Assembly (NCBI GenBank): GCA_963828885.1
Contig: CAWHGC010000016.1
Location: forward strand, 952-64,951
Length of the DNA: 64,000 bases
From: an uncultured Actinomycetes bacterium
Lineage (GTDB): Bacteria > Actinomycetota > UBA4738 > HRBIN12
Direction: 5' to 3'
Positions 54,857 to 64,000 of this stretch are shown in pieces. Both the position numbers and the translations under genes were made by a program. The notes under the pieces were generated by a model, which saw only the letters and a program-made list of their open reading frames with translations, ran no database searches and was not told the origin of the DNA. Each line of letters opens with the position of its first letter. Within the stretch, counting starts at the first letter, position 1.

Positions 54857-54997
54857 GGAACCTCCCGTTGGATCGAGACGGTCGGACGCGCGGATCGCGT
54901 TGACTAGTTCAACAAGATAGCACGGGAGTCCCCTGCAGCGCAAGGCAAAAGTGCTGGTCAGAGGGCTAATCGTGCGTTGAACCGGGCCTCCGGGCCG

Positions 54998-56371
54998 CTA
55001 TGCCGAGCGCCGGACGCCGGGGTTTTCCACACCCTGTACCACCCATTCTAGCGCCTCGCGCAGGTGCCGGACGGGCAGGATGCGAACCCCCGGATCGGGC
55101 CCGTGACCTGCGACGGAGGACCCGGAGGCCGCCGGCGCCACCACGGTCGCGATGCCGGCCGCCCGGGCGGCCGCCAGGCGCTGCTCCATGCCCGGCGCCG
55201 GCCGGATCAGCCCGGTGAGGGCGACCTCGCCCACGAACGCGAGATGCGGCGGCGGGGCGACCCCCAGGGCCGCCGAGGCCAGCGCGGCCGCGACGGCGAG
55301 GTCGCACGCCGGGTCGTCGACCCGGATGCCCCCCGAGGAGGCGCCGAACAGCTCCGCGCGCCCAAGGGGATCCCGCCGGCGCGCTCGAGGACGGCCGCGA
55401 TCAGCTGGAACCGGCGGAGGTCGAGCCCGGTCGCCTGCCGGCGCGGGGGCCCCTCCGGGCCGCCGACCAGCGCCTGGACCTCGACCGCGAGGGCGCGCCG
55501 CCCCGAGCGGGGCAGGGCGATGGCCGCGCCGGGCTCCCGGTCGCCGCTGACCAGCAGGCCCGTGGGGTCGATGGACCGGAGGCCGTCGGCCTGCATCTCG
55601 AACCAGGCCGTCTCCCCCTCGGCGCCGAAGCGGTTCTTGGTCGCCGAGACCATCCGCAGCCCGGACCGGGGGTCGCCGTCGAAGCCGAGCACGACGTCGA
55701 CCGCGTGCTCGAGGGTGCGCGGACCGGCCAGGTCGCCGTCCTTCGTCACGTGGCCCGTCAGCAGCACGGCGATGCCCTCCGCCTTGGCGAGCCCGACGAG
55801 GGCGTCCGTGCACAGGCGGACCTGGGCCGGACCGCCCGGCAGCTGCGTGCCGGCGGTGTCGCGCAGGGTCTGGATCGAGTCGACCGCCAGCAGGAAGGGC
55901 CGCTCGGCGGAGGCCGTCGCCAGCACCTGCGCGAGGTCCCGCCCGGGCGCGAACCGGACGTCGCCGTCGGCCACGCCGAGCCGCCGGGCGCGGGTCGCGA
56001 CCTGGGCGTGGGACTCCTCGCCCGACACCACCAGGCACCGGCGCCCGGCGGCGGCCAGCCGGCCCACCACCTGCAGCACGAGGGTCGACTTGCCGATGCC
56101 CGGCTCGCCGGCGAGCAGCGACGACCGAGCCGGGCACGAGGCCGCCGCCCAGCACCCGGTCCAGATCGGGGAACCCCGTGAGGACGCGGTCGACCTCGGC
56201 GTCGCCGACCGCGCCGAGCGGGAGCGCGGTGGAGGGCCCGGCCGCGACCGCCGGCGGGCGGGCGACCTCCTCGACCGTGCCCCATCCGCCGCACGCGGCG
56301 CACCGCCCCAGCCACTGGGCGGCCTGCTGCCCGCAGTCCCTGCACGCGAACACCGACGTCGATCTGGCCAC
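54998..56371 (-). pseudogene. radA: DNA repair protein RadA whose ORF is open but whose ATPase core is out of frame (compensating frameshift pair)
   Basis: ORF 54998..56371 has the N-terminal zinc ribbon (FACRDCGQQAAQWLGRCAACGGWGT) and the C-terminal Lon-like part. Walker A LLAGEPGIGKSTLVLQ, the KNRFG motif (ATKNRFGAEGE) and about 250 aa are in ORF 55207..56988. Junctions are near 56120 and 55375. Confidence 0.85.
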
Positions 56372-56604
56372 GGCCGAACCCTAGCGAGGCCCGCCGACAC
56401 GCCAGACGCAGGACAGGATCCGCAGATGTCAGACCTCGCGGATACGCTCCTGGTCCCCGGCCGGTCCCGGGCTAGGCCGAAGGGCTCGAACCGCGCCGAG
56501 CCGGCGAAATACCTGCCCCTGGGGATTCCACTCGGGGACGTTCTGCCCGATACCTGTGGCAGGACGGATCGGACGTTCCAGCGGGACATCGAAGGAGGCT
56601 CAGG

Positions 56605-56973
56605 GTGCGGGTCGTGAGGGTCGGCGGGGACGCGGAGTTCGGCCCCGAGGCGAGCCTCCTCGAGCCGCTGCAGCCGGTCGAGGCCGAGCCGGCGGAGGAG
56701 GCCGAGGAGGCCGATTTCCCGCTCGTCCTCGTCACCTGGCACGACGCCTGGTTCGACTTCGAGGAGTCCGATCCGCAGGACTGCCGGACCGACTACCTCG
56801 TTCGCACCGTGGGCTTCCTCGTCAACGAGGGGCCGCGGTTCCTGTCCATCGCGCAGGAGATCCTGCCCGACGGCGACGGATTCCGGGCCGTCACGCACAT
56901 CCCGCGGTCGATCGTCGAGGAGGTCACGACCCTCACCACGGGGTCCGATCCGAGCCTGCCGGCCACCGGCTAG
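56605..56973 (+). CDS. acidic hypothetical protein (122 aa)
   Basis: Intact ORF with a GTG start and GAAGGAGG 7 nt upstream. Confidence 0.55.
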   Translation: MRVVRVGGDAEFGPEASLLEPLQPVEAEPAEEAEEADFPLVLVTWHDAWFDFEESDPQDCRTDYLVRTVGFLVNEGPRFLSIAQEILPDGDGFRAVTHIPRSIVEEVTTLTTGSDPSLPATG

Positions 56974-57115
56974 TGCTATCCTCGGCACCGTCCAGGGCGC
57001 GCGCCGCGCGCCTCGTCGCGAAGGAGGGATGAGCTGATGCAGACCGCCACGGTCGACGTCGCCGCGCGTCCCTCGAACGCCACGGACTAGCAGCCCTCAC
57101 CGCTGAGTGCCTGCC

Positions 57116-57135
57116 GGCCGCCCGTTCGGGCGGCC
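57116..57135 (+). terminator. 8-bp GC hairpin (GGCCGCCC-GTTC-GGGCGGCC) downstream of a 17-codon mini-ORF
   Basis: Perfect stem with a 4-nt loop, followed by TTCGCCGTTCC. It lies between gene 56605..56973 and the RIO kinase gene. Confidence 0.35.
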
Positions 57136-57200
57136 TTCGCCGTTCCCGGGGTCGCGCGGTCCATGACCCGACCGCCACCCGAGACCCTGGAGGCACTCCG

Positions 57201-57947
57201 TTGCTCGAACCCCATGTGTTGGACCAGTTCTACGAGGAGGGATTCATCACCGAGGTCGTCCGGCCGCTCTCCAGCGGCAAGGAGGCCACGATCCATCTCT
57301 GCCGCGCCGGCGAGTTCGCTCCCGGTCGCGAGTTCGTCGCGCTCAAGGCCTACCGCGCTCGCGACCGGCGGGACTTCCGCGCCACGCACACGTACACGGC
57401 CGGCAGGGTCGTGCGCGGGCGCCCCGGCCGCGCGATCGCGACGAAGACCCGGTTCGGCCGCGAGGTCGACGACGCCCTGTGGCAGGACCACGAGTGGGAG
57501 ACCCTGCGGGCCATGCACGCCGCACGCGTCGCGGTGCCCGAGCCGATCGTCACGTTCGGCTCGGCGATCCTGATGGAGTACGTCGGCGAGGAGGACGGGT
57601 CGGCGCCGCAGCTGAAGGACCTCGCGCCCGACCCGGACGAGGCGCGCGAGCTCTTCGCGCAGACCGTGCGGGAGGTCGAACGGATGCTGTTCCACAACGT
57701 GGTGCACGGCGACCTGTCGGCGTTCAACCTCCTCGTGTGGGAGGACCGGATCCGGGTGATCGACCTGCCGCAGGCCGTGGACCCGCGGTTCAACCCGAAC
57801 GCCTGGGACCTGCTCGAACGGGACCTGCGGAACGTGTGCACGTGGTTCGCGCGCCACGGGGTCGAGTCCGATCCGGCCGGCATGGCGAGCGACCTGCGCA
57901 CCGGGTTCGAGTTCGCGGAGCTGGTCCCGCCCGACCTGGAGTTCTAG
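57201..57947 (+). CDS. RIO-type serine protein kinase
   Basis: Intact 248-aa ORF with a TTG start. RIO features are present (LSSGKEATIH, ALKAY, HGDLSAFNLLV, VIDLPQAV). Confidence 0.8.
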   Translation: MLEPHVLDQFYEEGFITEVVRPLSSGKEATIHLCRAGEFAPGREFVALKAYRARDRRDFRATHTYTAGRVVRGRPGRAIATKTRFGREVDDALWQDHEWETLRAMHAARVAVPEPIVTFGSAILMEYVGEEDGSAPQLKDLAPDPDEARELFAQTVREVERMLFHNVVHGDLSAFNLLVWEDRIRVIDLPQAVDPRFNPNAWDLLERDLRNVCTWFARHGVESDPAGMASDLRTGFEFAELVPPDLEF

Positions 57948-58774
57948 GAGACCCGTCCGCGCCGGAACGCCTGCAGCGAGAGCCCGGTGACGGTGCCGGC
58001 CAGGCCGAGCAGGAGCACGAGGGCCAGGGCCGTCCGGATGTCGCGCGCGACGACGTCCCAGACGGCGTCGACGGCCGCCTGCCCCTTCTCCGTCTGGGCC
58101 TGCCCGGCGGCGGCGCTCTTCGCCAGCGCGAGGGCGCCCAGCGCGAGGATCGCGGCCCCGGCGACGGTGGCGCCGACCCAGAAGATCGCCCGGCGCCGCC
58201 GCTCGGACACGAGGACCGCGCACACGGCGGCGGCGGCCCCGATCGCGATCGAGGGCCAGCCGGTCTGGGTCGTCACGTCGTTCAGGCGCCGGTACGCACG
58301 AACCTGGTCGCGGTCGATCACGATCACGCCGGTCAGCTGACCCTCGGGGATCACCAGGTCGCCGCCGGTCCTGATCAGGCCCGCCTGCAGCGCCGCCAGC
58401 ATGTCGTCGAGGTGGAGCACGACCTCCGGTGCGCCGCCCTCGAGCAGGTCCCGCTGGAGGGCCACCACCGCGGCGGTGAAGAGACGGCGGAACTGCTCGG
58501 TCGTCGTCAGGAGCTCGGCGAGCTGCGACAGCTGGTCGGTGCGGTCGCGGAGCGCCGGCGCGATGGTCTGCATCCGCGTCACGAGCTTCTCCGCGATGGC
58601 CAGGCGCACGGCCGGCTCGTCCAGCAGCCGGGCGGCCACGTCCGGAGCGTTGGCGGGGTCGTAGAGGGTCTGACGGGCGGCGAGGGAGACGGCGCCGACG
58701 ACGAAGGACAGCGCCGCGATCAGCGCCAGGAGCACGGCCAGGACACGACGAACAGCGCTGCCCCGACCCCCCAT
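57944..58774 (-). CDS. membrane protein (276 aa), unknown function
   Basis: Intact ORF with an N-terminal TM segment and three C-terminal TM segments. Its 3' end overlaps the RIO gene stop by 4 nt. Confidence 0.6.
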   Translation of the reverse strand: MGGRGSAVRRVLAVLLALIAALSFVVGAVSLAARQTLYDPANAPDVAARLLDEPAVRLAIAEKLVTRMQTIAPALRDRTDQLSQLAELLTTTEQFRRLFTAAVVALQRDLLEGGAPEVVLHLDDMLAALQAGLIRTGGDLVIPEGQLTGVIVIDRDQVRAYRRLNDVTTQTGWPSIAIGAAAAVCAVLVSERRRRAIFWVGATVAGAAILALGALALAKSAAAGQAQTEKGQAAVDAVWDVVARDIRTALALVLLLGLAGTVTGLSLQAFRRGRVS

Positions 58775-58842
58775 GAGCGCATGCTATCGGCGGACCCGCG
58801 CCAGATGTGGGAGTGCGCCCGGCGTGAGCCGGTCGGAGGGCG

Positions 58843-61335
<2,493 letters not shown>

Positions 61336-61715
61336 GTCAGCGTCCTCCGGCCCATGACCCGCATGTTCCGTGCCCTCGAGGATCAACGGACCACGTCCTA
61401 CCCTCGAGGTGCGCCGGGCACCGGTGACGCGAGGAGACGTCGTCGGCGCCCTTCGAGGCCAAGTATACCCACGACCCCTCGTTCACCCCGAAACGACCTC
61501 GTGTCTTCGTGCCCATCTGCAGTGTTCTTCGGTCGGCGGAGCGGGAAGGATGAGGCCTGCCGAAAGATCCACCGGCGCATCCCCCGTTGGGGCTACCCAA
61601 AGTCCCCCGAGTGACCCGTTGTCGTGCCGGATGCCGGGCGGCACAATCAGCCATCTTCCCGCATCATGGTTCCGAGTAGTGAGACCCCCGCCCGCTACTT
61701 CCCCGTGAGGAGACG

Positions 61716-62210
61716 ATGACGGTGCGTGTCCTGGTCGTTGACGACCACCCTGCATTCCGGAGGGCGCTGACGTCTGCGCTGAGCATGGTCGACGGGTTCG
61801 AGGTCGCCGGCGAGGCCGGCGGCGGGGTGGCGGCCTGTGAGGGCGCCGACGAGCTCGAGCCCGACGTGATCCTGATGGACCTGTCCATGCCCGACCTGTC
61901 GGGCATCGACGCCATGAAGGCGATCCACGAGACGAAGCCCGACATGCCGGTGGTGATCCTGACGGCCCACGCCGATCCCGGTGTGGAGCGCGAGGCGCGC
62001 GAGGCCGGCGCGTCCGGGTTCCTCGCGAAGGGCATCGGCCTCGACGACCTGGTGGTGGTCCTGCACGAGGCCGCGGAGCCGGACGAGGACGAGGAGCCCG
62101 CCCCCTCCGGGGATCTAGGCGTCTCCTCGACTCGCCCGTCCGCACCATGTGGCACAGCCCGATCAGCAGCTTCTTCGTCATCTCGTGGCTGTGCTCGATC
62201 AGCCGTTTGA
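61716..62210 (+). CDS. NarL/LuxR-type receiver domain protein without a recognisable HTH output domain
   Basis: MTVRVLVVDDHPAFRRAL..DVILMDLSMPDLSG..VVILTAH..GFLAKG is followed by an acidic then junk-like tail that overlaps the convergent gene. The true stop may be the TAG at 62116-62118 in another frame. Confidence 0.65.
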   Translation: MTVRVLVVDDHPAFRRALTSALSMVDGFEVAGEAGGGVAACEGADELEPDVILMDLSMPDLSGIDAMKAIHETKPDMPVVILTAHADPGVEREAREAGASGFLAKGIGLDDLVVVLHEAAEPDEDEEPAPSGDLGVSSTRPSAPCGTARSAASSSSRGCARSAV

Positions 62211-62536
62211 AGTCCCAGGCCGCGATCGACAGGGTCGTGGTGGGTTCGGTGGTGGTGACGGTGGCCGACCGCGTGCCGCCGTCGATCAGCGAGATCTCCC
62301 CGAAGTAGTCGCCGGGCCGCAGGTGGCCGATCGTCTTCCCGTCCTGGATCACGTCGGCGCCGCCCGTCGATGATCTGATGGAAGCCGACGCCCAACTCTC
62401 CCTGCGTGGCGACGGTCCGGTCCTCGGGGAACTCCACCCGCTTGGTCACCTGCGCGACGTGACCGAGCTCCTCGTCGGAGAAGTCCTTGAAGAGCGGTAC
62501 GCGGCGGAGCTGCTCGACGGTCTGCGCTTGATCCAT
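62115..62536 (-). pseudogene. cyclic-nucleotide-binding domain protein, at least one frame change; 3' end uncertain
   Basis: MDQAQTVEQLRRVPLFKDFSDEELGHVAQ..GELGVGFHQIIDG is in ORF 61664..62578. It continues as GADVIQDGKTIGHLRPGDYFGEISLIDGGTRSATVTT.. in ORF 61483..62352, with the junction near 62355. That frame has no nearby stop. A TAG at 62115-62117 lies in the third frame. Confidence 0.65.
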
Positions 62537-62631
62537 CGTTCCCCCCTCGACACTCGGCCCGGCGAGCCTACCGCTCATCGCAGCGCGGTGTGCGCCCCGG
62601 CCTGCCCGGCTCCTTGGCCGGCTTGGCCGGC

Positions 62632-63358
62632 TCAGAGATCGGCGATCTTCGCCAGGCTCCCGACCTTCTTCAGCACGTAGCGGTGACCGTCGCGATGCAC
62701 CAGGTCCCGGCGCTCGAACTCCTTGAGGATGCGGGTGACGTTCTCACGGCTGCCCCCGCACAGGCTCGCGAGGTCGGCCTGCGTGACCTCGGGGACCACC
62801 GTCCCGTCCGCGGGGAGGATGTCGAGGTCGGGCGTGGCCATCTGCAGCAGGCGCTTGGCCACCCGCCCCTTCAGATCCAGGAAGAGCAGGTCGTCGACGA
62901 AGGCCTGCTGCTCCTGGGACTGCCGGGCGAGCGCACGGATCACCGCGCGGGCCGCCGTGGACTCGGCCATGAGGAACGCGATGAAGTCCTCGGACGCGAC
63001 CGTCCAGACGTCGGAATCGGTGAGGGCGACGAGGCTCGCGGTCCGGGGCATGTCGCCGAGCGGTCCGAGCTCGCCCACGAACTGGGGGGAGTCGACGGTC
63101 GCGTGATAGACGCGGGTGCCGGTCGTGGCGATCGAGGTGACCTCGATCCGGCCCTCGACCAGGAAGAAGACCTCCGGCGCCGGCTCGTCCTGATGGCAGA
63201 GGTACGTGCCACGGCGATAGTGGCGGATCGAGCCCGAGGCCGCGAGGCGGTCGACGGCCTTCGGGGGCAACCTCCCGGAGGAAGGACGTGGCCGACATGG
63301 ACCGCACGACGGGGGACGGAGCGAGCTTCTTGGTGGCCATCGGGCCGTAGCGTGCCAT
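62632..63358 (-). pseudogene. Crp/Fnr family transcriptional regulator, one frame change near the 5' end
   Basis: The cNMP domain and HTH (TQADLASLCGGSRENVTRILKEFE) are in ORF 62632..63567. The only plausible N-terminus (..MSATSFLRE) is in ORF 62744..63445. The junction is at the G5 run 63263-63267. Start candidates are 63358, 63340 and 63298. Confidence 0.75.
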
Positions 63359-63460
63359 GGCCGGACCGGCGGCGCCACCGCCGAGCGTGCGGGCGGCGGA
63401 CCCTGGACAGCGAACGGGCCCGGCCGGAGGCCGGGCCCGTTCCACGTCTGAGCCGGTGGA

Positions 63461-63610
63461 TCAGTGACCGAGCTTCTTGTGACCGAGCTTCTTGTGACCG
63501 AGCTTCTTGTGACCGAGCTTCTTCGCCGAGGTCTTGGTGACTCCCGCGGCTGCGCTGTTGGCCGCACTCGCGCCCGACGGCTGCTTCGGTGTGATCTTCT
63601 TGTCCGCCAT
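63461..63610 (-). CDS. 49-aa Lys-rich micro-protein ending in (KKLGH)x4
   Basis: MADKKITPKQPSGASAANSAAAGVTKTSAKKLGHKKLGHKKLGHKKLGH* lies within ORF 63461..63733. AAAGGGGA lies 6 nt upstream of the ATG. Confidence 0.55.
   Translation of the reverse strand: MADKKITPKQPSGASAANSAAAGVTKTSAKKLGHKKLGHKKLGHKKLGH
63464..63523. repeat. perfect 15-bp tandem repeat x4 (GTGACCGAGCTTCTT)
   Basis: Four identical head-to-tail copies at 63464-63478, 63479-63493, 63494-63508 and 63509-63523. They encode KKLGH on the minus strand. Confidence 0.95.
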
Positions 63611-63772
63611 CACGGTCCCCTTTCGCTTCCCGGGCCGGCCCCCCGTCGGGTCCGTCTCCGATGCCACGATGGTGCCACGACCAGGCGATCGTGTCTGTGC
63701 CATCGGGCACCGATCATGGGTGTTGTTCGTCAACCCCGGGGTGTGATGGGCATCACATCTCCCATGTGACGC

Positions 63773-63985
63773 TCAGCCGTCGAGCTCGGGGAGGTCGATC
63801 GGGTCGGGGCGCGGCCGACACGTGCCGCAGTGCAGCGCGTTCTCGACGACGAGCGCCTTCGTCATCTCGCCGCCACGGAACAGCTCGAGGATGAAGGGCT
63901 TCTCCTCGGCGTGGTCCTCACATACGCCTCGCCCACAGAAGCGGCACGAACCCACAGCTGTGCGTCGACAGGTCCAGCAGTCCAT
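63773..63985 (-). CDS. Cys-rich small protein (DUF2180-like, 70 aa)
   Basis: MDCWTCRRTAVGSCRFCGRGVCEDH...HCGTCRP is an intact ORF with several CxxC motifs. Confidence 0.6.
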   Translation of the reverse strand: MDCWTCRRTAVGSCRFCGRGVCEDHAEEKPFILELFRGGEMTKALVVENALHCGTCRPRPDPIDLPELDG

Positions 63986-64000
63986 CTGCGCGCCTCACCC

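Noticed and set aside
54857-54997. Sigma-70-like hexamers (TTGACT / TTGAAC around 54900-54915) lie upstream of carD.
   Set aside because: Several spacings are possible and I cannot pair a convincing -10 element. This is too ambiguous to report as a promoter feature.
56372-56604. A tRNA-like TTCGAGCCC/GGCTCGAACC string and a 63-codon ORF (MSDLADTLLVPG...) lie in the radA upstream region.
   Set aside because: No acceptor, D or anticodon stems can be folded around the T-loop-like string. The ORF uses many A/T-ending codons that are atypical of genes here. It is most likely plain promoter DNA.
63464-63523. I considered whether the 15-bp x4 repeat could be a CRISPR-like array.
   Set aside because: The repeats are directly adjacent with no spacers, are far too short, and are in frame within a small ORF. 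No cas genes are in the window.

Overview
This is a very GC-rich chromosomal segment. Third codon positions are almost uniformly G/C; I did not compute the GC value. Gene content and synteny look actinobacterial: clpC, then radA-carD-PIN/TRAM-ispD-ispF-rlmB, groEL behind a CIRCE operator, treT/otsA/otsB, LytR_C, DUF3263, and Moco genes mog/xdhC/moaA. I can support about 65 protein genes, one tRNA-Thr(UGU), one CIRCE operator, three GC-rich hairpins and one perfect 15-bp x4 tandem repeat inside a small gene. I see no CRISPR array, rRNA, transposase, integrase or prophage.

The dominant unusual signal is frame disruption. About 26 genes encode their recognisable protein only if the reading frame is changed one or more times. 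By manual reading there are roughly 50 junctions, plus one in-frame TAG and one signal peptide that begins at CTG. These counts are not a computed alignment. The lesions pile up in accessory and secreted enzymes: an NHL-repeat protein, two S9 peptidases, a sulfatase, a phospholipase-C-like phosphoesterase, a methyltransferase and otsA. Long core genes (clpC, acs, tkt, groEL) are clean. Three ORFs that look intact (radA, a GAF histidine kinase, a 175-aa hypothetical) hide compensating frameshift pairs that scramble their central domains.

This pattern fits either real gene decay or an indel-prone assembly with uneven quality. The sequence alone cannot decide between them.

I did not find a convincing new multi-gene system such as a defence, secretion or biosynthetic cluster. 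Smaller oddities are listed as findings with modest interest scores. Coordinates of frame junctions and of some start codons are approximate.
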